Of a DNA stretch of 64,000 nucleotides, positions 36,156 through 45,389 are shown piece after piece. The position numbers and the translations under genes were made by a program. The notes under the pieces are model-generated. The model was not told the origin of the DNA. It was given only the letters and a program-made list of their open reading frames with translations, and searched no databases. The stretch lies in the NCBI GenBank assembly GCA_046758865.1, contig JBHIBD010000002.1:4128-68127 (forward strand), in the 5' to 3' direction. Numbering within the stretch: position 1 is the first letter of the stretch; every line of letters begins with the position of its first letter. Origin of the DNA: Candidatus Brocadiales bacterium. Lineage in GTDB: Bacteria > Planctomycetota > Brocadiia > Brocadiales > Bathyanammoxibiaceae.

Positions 36156-37574
36156 ATGAAGATGGAAATGACTCCGCGAATGCAGCTTCAACTGAAGATG
36201 AAGCTGGCGCCGCAGATAATCCAATCAATAGAGATACTCCAGCTTCCTCTTCTGGCCCTGCTTGAACACGTGCAGGCGGAGCTGGAGGAAAACCCTATAC
36301 TTGAAGAGGTAACGGCTGTGGATAGTGGAGCCGAGGATAATCCTACCGCTGACCAGGAGACGCAAAATACAGAGGGGGAGGAGCGTGTTGATGTCCTCCC
36401 CGAAGAGTGGCAGGAGCCCCCCAGGCTACGAAGCAGGGCCATGAGGCGTGCGGAAACGGACCAGAAGCAGGAGGCACTGGAAAACACCTCGGCCAAGCCC
36501 ATCTCTTTTCATGAGTATCTCCTCGGGCAGCTATCTCTTATGGAGGTGCCTGAGTCCCTCCGAGAGGCCTGCGCACACGTAATATACAATCTAGACGACA
36601 ATGGTTACCTCTCTACACCATTGGAGGATATCATAAAGAACCTTGATACGCCAGTTACCATCCAAGATGCAGGAAATGCCCTGCGTTTAGTGCAGTCAAT
36701 GGAGCCTCCGGGGGTAGGGGCCAGGAGTCTTGAAGAATGCCTCCTGCTCCAACTGGATAAGAGATGCGAGGATTACGAGCTAGCGGAAGAGATGATAAAC
36801 CACTATCTCAAGGATATAGAGATGAAAAAGTATCCCCAGATAGCCAAGAAAATGGGTAAGAGTCTGGAGACCATAAAGAAGGTAGTTGAGCACATCCAAA
36901 GATTGAACCCCAAGCCGGGTTCAATCTTTTCCTGTGAGCCGATAGCATACGTGGTGCCAGATGTTAGGGTCGAATATATCGACGGTCAGTATGAGGTTAC
37001 CCTTAACGAGGACTACACCTTACCACACCTCTCCGTTAACAATGTTTACAGAGAGTATCTCAGTCAGCGCACAACAGACACACAGACCAGAGAGTATATA
37101 AAGAGGAAGCTTGAATCGGCCAGGTGGCTGATGGACGCCATAGAGCAGAGGAGGGCCACGCTCTATAGGGTAGCTACCAACCTTGTAGAGTTGCAAAAGG
37201 ATTTCTTTGAGGAGGGTGTTTCCAGCCTTAAGCCCCTCAAGATGCAGGAGCTGGCAGACCGTTTGGGCATACATGTCTCCACGGTAAGCCGCGCCTTAGC
37301 GCGTAAGTACATGCAGACGCCCAGGGGCATATTCGAGATGAAGTTCTTCTTCACGGGCGGTTTCAGTGGTAGGGACGGTGACACGGAGTCCTGGGTGGCC
37401 ACCAGGCAAAAGCTGAAAGAGATAATAGATGGGGAGGACAAGAGACATCCCCTAAGCGATGAGGAATTAGTGGCTGCGCTTAAGGCCAAGGGTGTTGCCG
37501 TAGCAAGACGTACCGTGACCAAGTACAGGAAGCTTATGAAGATACCCTCCTCCAGACGGAGGCGGCAGTATTGA
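36156..37574 (+). CDS. rpoN: RNA polymerase sigma-54 factor
   Basis: N-terminal Q/L-rich region I, C-terminal HTH, and an ARRTVTKYR RpoN box. Confidence 0.93.
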   Translation: MKMEMTPRMQLQLKMKLAPQIIQSIEILQLPLLALLEHVQAELEENPILEEVTAVDSGAEDNPTADQETQNTEGEERVDVLPEEWQEPPRLRSRAMRRAETDQKQEALENTSAKPISFHEYLLGQLSLMEVPESLREACAHVIYNLDDNGYLSTPLEDIIKNLDTPVTIQDAGNALRLVQSMEPPGVGARSLEECLLLQLDKRCEDYELAEEMINHYLKDIEMKKYPQIAKKMGKSLETIKKVVEHIQRLNPKPGSIFSCEPIAYVVPDVRVEYIDGQYEVTLNEDYTLPHLSVNNVYREYLSQRTTDTQTREYIKRKLESARWLMDAIEQRRATLYRVATNLVELQKDFFEEGVSSLKPLKMQELADRLGIHVSTVSRALARKYMQTPRGIFEMKFFFTGGFSGRDGDTESWVATRQKLKEIIDGEDKRHPLSDEELVAALKAKGVAVARRTVTKYRKLMKIPSSRRRRQY

Positions 37575-37608
37575 GACTGAAGTCCTTACACTAACTCAGA
37601 TAAATCGG

Positions 37609-37893
37609 GTAGCACAGGTCTTTAGACCTGTGCTACCCGCTATATTTCTCTAGAGATTTTACATTACCCCCCCTTTGTCAAGGAAAAGCTTTCGTAGGGA
37701 CAGACCTTTAGGTCTGTCCGCTGACGGACAGGTTTAAAAACCTGTCCCTACGTTGGGACCCGCTTGATTTATCTGGTAGCCAACGAAATTTATTTCGTTG
37801 AATCAACGACCATAAAGGTCGTTGTCTACCAAGGCCCCATAAATGAGGCAACTACAAGTAGGGTATTGACGTGGCAGCAAGCTGCCACGCTAC
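37609..37893. repeat. Dense REP-like palindrome cluster downstream of rpoN
   Basis: GTAGCACAGGTCTTTAGACCTGTGCTAC (37609-37636), GTAGGGACAG...CTGTCCCTAC (37694-37751), GTAGCCAAC...GTCTAC (37776-37829), GTAGGGTATTGACGTGGCAGCAAGCTGCCACGCTAC (37858-37893). Confidence 0.85.
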
Positions 37894-37965
37894 ACACTCC
37901 TCCCTTTCTCTCCTAATCCCCATCCCCTTGAATGCAGACCAATAAGGCTTATAATCTAATCGGTT

Positions 37966-39594
37966 GTGGAAAATGCCTTTGACATAGTTATCAGGAACGG
38001 GACTGTTATAGACGGCACGGGTACCCCCGGTAGGATATCAGACCTTGCCATAAGGGGCGACAAGATAGCCTTCGTAGGGAGGCTGGAACAAGGCAGGGAG
38101 AGACGGGAAGGTTTGTCCCTGCAAGGTTGTCCTACTATAATAGACGCCACGGGGCTTGTGGTGGCCCCTGGGCTTATAGACATCCATTCCCACAGCGACT
38201 TCCTTTGCCTGGTCAGCCCCAGGAGCGAGAGCAAGGTCCTCGATGGCGTGACCACTGAGGTCTGTGGAAACTGCGGCTCTTCCCCCTTCCCACTCTCGAA
38301 GGAAACACTAAAGAGGAAGCAGGAAGGTTACAGCAAGTACGGACTGGTTATAGACTGGCAGGACGCCGATGGCTTCTTCACCAGAGTGGAATCACAGCCC
38401 AGCTCGATAAATAGAGGCTTCCTTGTGGGCCACTCAAGCATCAGGGATTTTGTCATTGGGTATGACAGAAGGTCACCCACTGACCGAGAACTATCTGAGA
38501 TGAGGGATGAGCTTACCAGAGCGATGGGGGCCGGTGCCCTCGGACTCTCCAGCGGTCTTATATATCCACCGGGGTGCTATGCCAGCAGGGAGGAGCTTAT
38601 AGAGATTTGCCGAGAGGTTAGTCGGCTCGGCGGTGTGTATGCTACACACATGCGGAGCGAGGGGAAGGGACTCCTTGAGGCGGTGAAAGAGGCTATAGAG
38701 GTTTCACGCAGGACCAGGGTGAGTCTTCAAATATCCCACATTAAGACCGCCGGGAGGGAAAATTGGTCAAAGCTAGGGTCTGTGAAGGAGCTCCTCGATT
38801 TAGCTATAGCGGAGGGCCTCGATGTCTCGTGTGATAGATACCCTTATGTAGCGGCGGCGACAGACCTTAATGTAATCCTCCCTAACTGGGCGCAGGAGGG
38901 CGGGATGGAAAAACAGGTGGAGAGGCTTACCAGTCCACGCACACGCAAGAGGATTATAGAGGAGATACTGGATAGAAGTAATGACGAATGGTATGGTGAG
39001 TCTATAGTTATTTCGGATGTACACGCCTCTTCACCCAGCTACAAGGCCGAGCTTATAGGAAAGACCCTTGCCGAACTATCCGGGGGGCAGAATAAGTCTC
39101 CTGTGGAATTGGCGCTTGACCTGTTGGTCGAGCAGAGGGGGCGCGTGTGGATACTGGCCTTTAGCATGTGTGAAGAGAACCTGGAAGAGATTTTGAGGTG
39201 GGATTTTGTCAGCATCGGCTCCGACAGCTCCCTTCGGGCACGAGAGGGCCTGTTAGGGCAAGGTAGACCGCATCCCCGCACTTATGGTACATTTTCACGG
39301 GTGCTTGGCCGGTATTCAAGGGATAGAGGAATATTGTCCCTGGAGGAGGCAGTTCACAGGATTACGGGACTTTCTGCAAGAAAAATGCGTCTGGATAAGA
39401 GGGGGGAGATTAGGGAGGGTTACTTTGCGGATATCGCTGTGTTTGACCCGAGGCGGGTGACGGACAGGGCTACGTATCAAGAACCCCATCAGTATTCGAC
39501 GGGTATAGAGTATGTAATAGTGAACGGCTGCATCACTGTAGAAAAGGGGAGCCACAACGGGGCGATGGAGGGAAAGGTTCTCAGGAGAAGATGA
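37966..39594 (+). CDS. N-acyl-D-amino-acid deacylase (D-aminoacylase, amidohydrolase superfamily)
   Basis: FDIVIRNGTVIDGTG, VAPGLIDIHSHSD, HMRSEG. Confidence 0.85.
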   Translation: MENAFDIVIRNGTVIDGTGTPGRISDLAIRGDKIAFVGRLEQGRERREGLSLQGCPTIIDATGLVVAPGLIDIHSHSDFLCLVSPRSESKVLDGVTTEVCGNCGSSPFPLSKETLKRKQEGYSKYGLVIDWQDADGFFTRVESQPSSINRGFLVGHSSIRDFVIGYDRRSPTDRELSEMRDELTRAMGAGALGLSSGLIYPPGCYASREELIEICREVSRLGGVYATHMRSEGKGLLEAVKEAIEVSRRTRVSLQISHIKTAGRENWSKLGSVKELLDLAIAEGLDVSCDRYPYVAAATDLNVILPNWAQEGGMEKQVERLTSPRTRKRIIEEILDRSNDEWYGESIVISDVHASSPSYKAELIGKTLAELSGGQNKSPVELALDLLVEQRGRVWILAFSMCEENLEEILRWDFVSIGSDSSLRAREGLLGQGRPHPRTYGTFSRVLGRYSRDRGILSLEEAVHRITGLSARKMRLDKRGEIREGYFADIAVFDPRRVTDRATYQEPHQYSTGIEYVIVNGCITVEKGSHNGAMEGKVLRRR

Positions 39595-40313
39595 GGCCTG
39601 TAATAGGTATAAATTGTAATTATGAAGTGAGAGAGGGTACGTCTCCACGCTACTTTTTGGATGAAGACTACTGCGCGGCCGTGGAGCTTGCAGGTGGAGT
39701 GCCGGTGCTTCTCCCTACCTTATGTAGAGAAGAAGATAATACTGAAGGCCTCTTGGGCATGCTGGATGGTCTAATCCTGAGCGGTGGCAAGGATATAAAC
39801 CCCTCCCGTTATGGGCAGGAGCGACATAAGAACACGACACCCGTGGTGGCGGAAAAGGAGGAATTTGATTTTAAATTGGTCAGAAGTGCCCTGGAGATGG
39901 ACATGCCCATTTTGGGGATATGTTACGGCGGGCAGCTATTAAATGTCAGCCTGGGGGGCAGTCTCATCCAAGATATACCATCCAAATTAGGTACGTCTAT
40001 TGAACACCGTAACCCCCCTGGAGGACGCCATAAGGTATTAATAGAGAAGGATACAGTGCTTTATCGGCTGTTGGGTGTGGAGGCCATGGAGACCAATAGT
40101 ACCCATCATCAGACAATAGACCGCCTGGGTGAGGGCCTCAGGGTGTGCGCAAGGGCGGAGGATGGGGTGATTGAGGCTGTGGAGAGTGAGAGACACACGT
40201 TTGTGCTGGCAGTACAGTGGCACCCTGAGAGGATGCTGGATGAGCCGATAGAGAGGCGCCTGTTCTCGGGGTTTATGAAGGAGGCAAGGGCCTATGCCTC
40301 TCAAAGAATCTAG
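39591..40313 (+). CDS. Class I glutamine amidotransferase, peptidase C26 / gamma-glutamyl-GABA hydrolase-like
   Basis: LSGGKDINP, GICYGGQLL nucleophile elbow, HHQ. Confidence 0.82.
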   Translation: MRPVIGINCNYEVREGTSPRYFLDEDYCAAVELAGGVPVLLPTLCREEDNTEGLLGMLDGLILSGGKDINPSRYGQERHKNTTPVVAEKEEFDFKLVRSALEMDMPILGICYGGQLLNVSLGGSLIQDIPSKLGTSIEHRNPPGGRHKVLIEKDTVLYRLLGVEAMETNSTHHQTIDRLGEGLRVCARAEDGVIEAVESERHTFVLAVQWHPERMLDEPIERRLFSGFMKEARAYASQRI

Positions 40314-41715
40314 GGTGCGACTTCTTTTTAGAATACTCTCAGGGATACTGCTATTAATGGTACCTTCATGTGCAGTTGATAAGGGTCCGGACAAGCTAGA
40401 GAGTGATATAGCCCGCTACAAGAGGGAGCTGAGGGTCCTGCCGGATGACACCGAGGCACGCTACAGACTGGGTGTTTCCCATTATCAGAAGAGAGATTAT
40501 GAGGCCTCGATTGAGGAATTAAAGGATACTATTGGGAGCGACCCCAATCTTCCCATGGTTTACAATAATCTGGGTCTGGCCTACGTGGGTGAGGGGGAGT
40601 TGGGGAAGGCCATAACTGCATACTTGAAGGCCCTGCAGTTGGACCGCGATTTTACGCCAGCAAGGGCAAATCTAGGGGTGGCTTATTACCTAGCAGGTAT
40701 GTTTGAGGAAGCTGGTTCACACTTCAAGAAGCTGTTGAAGAAGGACCCGAACCACGTTGGTGCCCATCAGGGTCTTGGTCTCAGTCTTGTTCGAAGGGGC
40801 CGACTTGACGAAGCCATCGCCGAATTCAGGAAAGTCTTGGAACTTGACCCAAGTAACCCTGATGCGCATAAGCATCTTGCTATGGCCTACGAAGAACGGG
40901 GCGATATTGGCGAGGCAATAGCGGTTTTTAGAGAGGCGTTGAGGCTTAACCCCCATGACGGAGAGACCCACTGGCACTTGGCGAATATCTATTATGAACA
41001 AGGCTATCTTGAGGGCGCACTGAGAGAGTATACCCATGTGGTTGATATTAAGCCCGACTTTACAGACGCACACTTCTGGAGGGCAATGGTGTTGAAGGAG
41101 ATGGAATCCTTTCTAGAGGCGAGTGCAGTGTTTGAACACGTGGCGGAGCTGGACGCTGATTACCCGGATGTCTATTACCAACTGGGCTCCATCTACCAAG
41201 AGAGAGGGATGGTGGACGATGCTATATCCGAGTATGAAAGAGAGTTAAAGAACCATCCCGATAATGTTAAGGTGCACAGAAAGTTGGGCGAATTGTATTT
41301 GAATAAGGGAGAGCATGAGGACGCCCTCCATCATTATGTCAGGATTGTAGAGATTGACCCAACTAACGCACAGGCGCTCTATGAGCTTGGCGATGCCTAC
41401 GCCAGGACTGGTAGGTTTGCCTTGGCGCTTGCTCAGTGGAGGAGGGCTGCGGAAATTGAGCCAGCAATGGCGATAAAGGTGTGGAAACGGGCCCTGGAAC
41501 TTGACCCCTCAATGGTGGAGGCACACTACAGACTCGGCCTGGCCTACATGAACGAGGGCAAGGTGGCAGTGGCCATCAATTCCTTAGAAGCGGCTGTAAA
41601 TGCAAGACCAAAGAATGTTGCCTTCCGCCAGGCCCTGAGCAGGGCGTATAAGGAGCGAGAAAAGGTCTTAGAAAAAGAGGGAAGGGAGCGTATGGAGGAG
41701 GAGTGGTGGCCCTAG
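40294..41715 (+). CDS. TPR-repeat lipoprotein
   Basis: Lipobox LLMVPSC followed by more than 10 TPR units. Confidence 0.75.
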   Translation: MPLKESRVRLLFRILSGILLLMVPSCAVDKGPDKLESDIARYKRELRVLPDDTEARYRLGVSHYQKRDYEASIEELKDTIGSDPNLPMVYNNLGLAYVGEGELGKAITAYLKALQLDRDFTPARANLGVAYYLAGMFEEAGSHFKKLLKKDPNHVGAHQGLGLSLVRRGRLDEAIAEFRKVLELDPSNPDAHKHLAMAYEERGDIGEAIAVFREALRLNPHDGETHWHLANIYYEQGYLEGALREYTHVVDIKPDFTDAHFWRAMVLKEMESFLEASAVFEHVAELDADYPDVYYQLGSIYQERGMVDDAISEYERELKNHPDNVKVHRKLGELYLNKGEHEDALHHYVRIVEIDPTNAQALYELGDAYARTGRFALALAQWRRAAEIEPAMAIKVWKRALELDPSMVEAHYRLGLAYMNEGKVAVAINSLEAAVNARPKNVAFRQALSRAYKEREKVLEKEGRERMEEEWWP

Positions 41716-42152
41716 TCCTTAAACTCTAGTAGGTCCAGCGTGGTCTTTTCATCAAACTGTCTCTTTACCGACAGACCTTTTAGCTCAATTATTACCGCCT
41801 CTATAGTGAGATATATCTTTGCATCCTTCCTTATGCAGCCCAGGTTAGTGGCGTTGTCCCTTCCTATTCCACTGTGGATGTGAATCTTTGGTTCGTTGTC
41901 CTTCCAAAAAATAGTACCCAGACCCAACACCTCCCTGCCGTCCGCAAAATCTCTCCACATCGGTACGGGTGGTACCTCTGCCTTTTTGGGTCCAACCACT
42001 ATTCGGGCCTTCTCTAAGGCACCGACAAAGTGCAATAAACCTGCCCTGATGTCTTCTCTTTTAATAAGTGCCGTGAGCTCAGCCAGGAGGTCATCCTCAT
42101 GGTCAAACCTGGCCACGAACACCCTTCCAACCGTACACTGTGTGTATTCCAT
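41712..42152 (-). CDS. PPC (DUF296) domain protein
   Basis: GRVFVARFDHEDDLLAELTALIKREDIRAGLLHFVGAL pattern. Confidence 0.75.
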   Translation of the reverse strand: MEYTQCTVGRVFVARFDHEDDLLAELTALIKREDIRAGLLHFVGALEKARIVVGPKKAEVPPVPMWRDFADGREVLGLGTIFWKDNEPKIHIHSGIGRDNATNLGCIRKDAKIYLTIEAVIIELKGLSVKRQFDEKTTLDLLEFKD

Positions 42153-42199
42153 TATTTATTTACTCCAGAATAATTTGAGCTTTGCAGTTGACCACCTCA

Positions 42200-42298
42200 G
42201 GTGAATCTGCCTCTGGCACGACTCGATTTATCGAGCCTTATGAGGCCCCATAAATGGGGCAACTACATAGCCCGTGGATGCGTTGAGACGCACCCTAC
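42200..42298. repeat. REP-like palindromes
   Basis: TCTGCCTCTGGCACGACTCGATTTATCGAG, GGCCCCATAAATGGGGCAACTACA (near-copy at 37832-37856), GAGACGCACCCTAC (inverse of 18603-18616). Confidence 0.75.
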
Positions 42299-42431
42299 AT
42301 TATTATTATTTATTTATGGATAGAGGGGAAAATTTTGACCCATCCTACAGGTGGTGTATCAAAAAATCAACGTGAAATTGTAGGTGTTTGTGGGGTATTA
42401 GGCGGGGGTAGTGCTTCTACGCAGAGGTCGC

Positions 42432-43817
42432 TTATTTAAACTCAAACCTCCTCTCGGTAAAAAGCCTCAAGCAGGCGTCCACCGCATCGGCATCATAAAG
42501 GACGCCCCTATTTCGAGAGATTTCCTCAAGGGCCTTATCTATGCCAAGGGCTGGTCTGTAGGATCGCGGAGAGGCCATAGCCTCAACAACATCGGCTACG
42601 CCCAGGATTCTTGACTCCAGGATAATCTCATCGCCCGATAGACCTGAAGGATACCCAGAGCCATCCAACCTTTCGTGGTATTGGAACACAATTTGGGCAA
42701 CCGGCCATGGAAATTCTATCTCCTTCAATATTTCGTAACCGACCTTAGGATGAGTTTTAATCACATCGAATTCGGTCTTAGTTAGTCGGCTAATACGCGA
42801 ACCACCTTGCCAATCCCAAGCTGGCTTGTTGAAAATATTAGCAGGTATAGCTATCTTGCCGATATCGTGGATAGCCCCGGCCATGCGGATTCCATCAATC
42901 TGCTCCTCTGAAAGGCCCATCTCCGTTGCTATGGCACGGGCAAGATCGGCCACCCGGCGCGGGTGGCCAACTGTGTAGGGGTCCCTTGTCTCGACCATCA
43001 ATACTAGGGCCTGGAGGGTTCCCCCAAGTGCCTTTCGCAATTTATCCATGCTTTGTTTAAGTTTTTCCTCTGCCCGCTTTTGCTCGGTGGTTTTCACCCA
43101 CTTTTGCGTGGCGATTTCCTCCCGCAGTTCCTCGGTTGTCTTCACCAGCTCCGCCGCGCGCTTGGCCACGTGTTGTTCTAGGAATTCATTAAGCGTTCCA
43201 AGTTCTGCCTCTACCCGCTCGCGCTTGGTGATTTCCTTTGCAAGTCTTTCTTCTTTCATGTGCAGTTTATAAAAGGCCTCATAGAGTGCGGCGATTGTCT
43301 TTGCTATAATCTCAACCTGGCTCTTTGCTGCATCCAGGGCAAATTTTGGGCGGTCCTGGTGTTCGGCTAAGGCCGTTTGTACGTCTTCCACACTAAGCTT
43401 AAATTTTTTAGCAACCTTCTTGATTGTTTCTGCATCTCTGGGTGGGTTAGACACTGCGGCGACAGCCGCACCTATCGGCTCTCCACCAAACATAATGGGG
43501 ACGGAATATATTATTAGCCCTCCAGAACATTCATCGGCATACGGTGCCTTGAGGTCAATGGATTTCTTAGAGACGCGCCAGCGGTCTTCACAGCAAATTC
43601 CCTTACCCTTTCCGGCCCTGGCCTCACAGGCCTCGGCAAGGCATTTGCAATACTGAGATGTTATCATGCTGGCTGCACGACTTCCGTCAATTTCGTATAT
43701 TGTGGCCGAAGTGTGGAGGTAATTCAGGTAAGATTCCTGGAGATTCTCAAGCAGGCTTACCGGCACTAGGTCAACAATCTTTGGCAAGGGTTTTGTGGTC
43801 ATATTGCTGAGAGGCAC
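42432..43817 (-). CDS. HD-GYP domain phosphodiesterase with N-terminal Cys-rich PocR-like sensor and coiled coil
   Basis: HDIGKIAIP and HHERLDGSGYP motifs. The N-terminal 140 aa look PocR-like (IYEIDGS..., C..CLAEAC, ECSGGLIIYSVPI). Confidence 0.8.
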   Translation of the reverse strand: MPLSNMTTKPLPKIVDLVPVSLLENLQESYLNYLHTSATIYEIDGSRAASMITSQYCKCLAEACEARAGKGKGICCEDRWRVSKKSIDLKAPYADECSGGLIIYSVPIMFGGEPIGAAVAAVSNPPRDAETIKKVAKKFKLSVEDVQTALAEHQDRPKFALDAAKSQVEIIAKTIAALYEAFYKLHMKEERLAKEITKRERVEAELGTLNEFLEQHVAKRAAELVKTTEELREEIATQKWVKTTEQKRAEEKLKQSMDKLRKALGGTLQALVLMVETRDPYTVGHPRRVADLARAIATEMGLSEEQIDGIRMAGAIHDIGKIAIPANIFNKPAWDWQGGSRISRLTKTEFDVIKTHPKVGYEILKEIEFPWPVAQIVFQYHERLDGSGYPSGLSGDEIILESRILGVADVVEAMASPRSYRPALGIDKALEEISRNRGVLYDADAVDACLRLFTERRFEFK

Positions 43818-44074
43818 TATTTATGAGACCTCCAAAAACAGTCACCCTTACGATGGAGACAGGCTCATTTCTCTATATAAGCCGTGCCTGACAATTTCGT
43901 GTATGAAGCGCCGAAATATCGGAAATAGTGTACTTTAAGGAACGGTAAGCAATTTAAAAGAATTATACCACAGTGACAAAAAGTGACAAATTTATTTTTC
44001 AATAGTCTCGAATTGATTTCGCAGCTACAGAGTCGTATAATCTGGACTTTCTTCACGAGGGTGGACACTTATAC

Positions 44075-45127
44075 ATGTCTTCGAAAAGGGAATATGACGT
44101 AGTGGTGATAGGTGCCGGGCCCTCTGGGGCGGCGGCGGCAAGGGTGATGGTGGATGCCGGCCTCAGGGTCCTGGTGGTGGAGAGAAAAAAGCTGCCCCGG
44201 TACAAAATATGTTCCGGCCTTATAAACGAAAAATCCCTGAAGCTCACCGAAAGGCATTTTGGCAACATCCCTGAGATAAGCTACTGCAGGCCCAGGATAA
44301 TAAAGGGTGTCAGGCTGTGGTACGATGCGAAACGTTTCAGGAATTGGCCCTTTGGTGAGAAGGGTGCGCCCAATGTGTGGCGTGCACAATACGATGAGTG
44401 GCTTGTAAAGCGCTCCGGGGCTGAAGTGAGGGACATGTGTCTCCTCAAGGATTTTGCGATGAATGGCGACGGGGTCAAGTTATACTGCCAGGACCGTAGG
44501 GAGGGGTCCATAGAAATAGATTGTAAGTACCTAGTCGGTGCGGAGGGATGCCTCTCCTCAATACGTGCCAAGCTAAACCCTGAACTTGAAAAAAGGTCCC
44601 AATGGTTCCTGGCATATCAGAATTACTATGAAGGAAGCTCGGAGCTTGACCCCGAATGGTATCATGGCTTCCTAGACCCCAGATTTGGAGAGATATATGG
44701 GTGGTTTAACGTTAAGGATGATTATGTGATATTTGGCACATCATGCAAGAAGGGCGGCAGGTTTACGCCGTATCTCGATAATTTTAGCGGCTTTCTTAAG
44801 GAACACTTTGGTTTGAGGTTAGGGAGATTGGTAAGGAAATCAAGCTGCCTGGGTACTAATATGTGTGCAACAGGGAATTTCTACCTTGGCAGAGACAGGG
44901 CGCTACTGGTAGGGGAGGCAGCCGGCTTTCTTAATATGTTTGGTGAAGGTATATCCTCGGCGCTGGCCACGGGGCTGCTGGCTGGGCAGGCAATCTCTCA
45001 GGCGGGTCTCAACTCCGGCACGGAAGCCCTTGAGATTTATACTGAACTCTCAAGTCGTGAGCGGAGGGAGACCCTGGTATCATGGAAACTTGCATCCAGG
45101 CTGGCAGGACGGCCGGTGATGATTTAG
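44075..45127 (+). CDS. FAD-dependent oxidoreductase (geranylgeranyl-reductase-like)
   Basis: YDVVVIGAGPSGAAAA dinucleotide fold and a GEAAGF motif. Confidence 0.78.
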   Translation: MSSKREYDVVVIGAGPSGAAAARVMVDAGLRVLVVERKKLPRYKICSGLINEKSLKLTERHFGNIPEISYCRPRIIKGVRLWYDAKRFRNWPFGEKGAPNVWRAQYDEWLVKRSGAEVRDMCLLKDFAMNGDGVKLYCQDRREGSIEIDCKYLVGAEGCLSSIRAKLNPELEKRSQWFLAYQNYYEGSSELDPEWYHGFLDPRFGEIYGWFNVKDDYVIFGTSCKKGGRFTPYLDNFSGFLKEHFGLRLGRLVRKSSCLGTNMCATGNFYLGRDRALLVGEAAGFLNMFGEGISSALATGLLAGQAISQAGLNSGTEALEIYTELSSRERRETLVSWKLASRLAGRPVMI

Positions 45128-45155
45128 GTAAAATCTTACTGTATACCATTTTGTG

Positions 45156-45183
45156 TTTGACATTTGCTTCAAAATCGTTATAA
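45156..45183 (+). promoter_or_regulatory. Consensus sigma-70-type promoter TTGACA-N16-TATAAT upstream of Rieske/cyt b cluster 1
   Basis: Hexamers read at 45156-45161 and 45178-45183, about 205 nt upstream of the first ATG of the cluster. Confidence 0.45.
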
Positions 45184-45389
45184 TTGTTGCCCTTCCGCAG
45201 CGGGAGGGGGTAGAATAGCCTGTTCGCCCGCTGAGCAAACAAATTAGTTCATACCTGCACAAGTCAGCGTATTGGGCTACAGCTATGTTAAAGGGACAAA
45301 CTGCCTTAATTGCCTGAGAATTTAAACTTGCGTTTTATCCCTGTTGGCGTTATAGTTAGGGGCATCGTGAGTTCTTGAGGAGGAGGGCA

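Noticed and set aside
42206-42225. Sigma-54 promoters at TGGCAC(G/T) motifs (also 26104, 32575, 63776) and at TGGC/TGGA...TTTTGCA upstream of the 123-aa ORFs (52770, 62322)
   Set aside because: The TGGCAC strings are part of the recurring TCTGCCTCTGGCACGA repeat and lack a correctly spaced TTGC(A/T). In the 123-aa ORF leaders the GG-to-GC spacing is 13 nt instead of 10.
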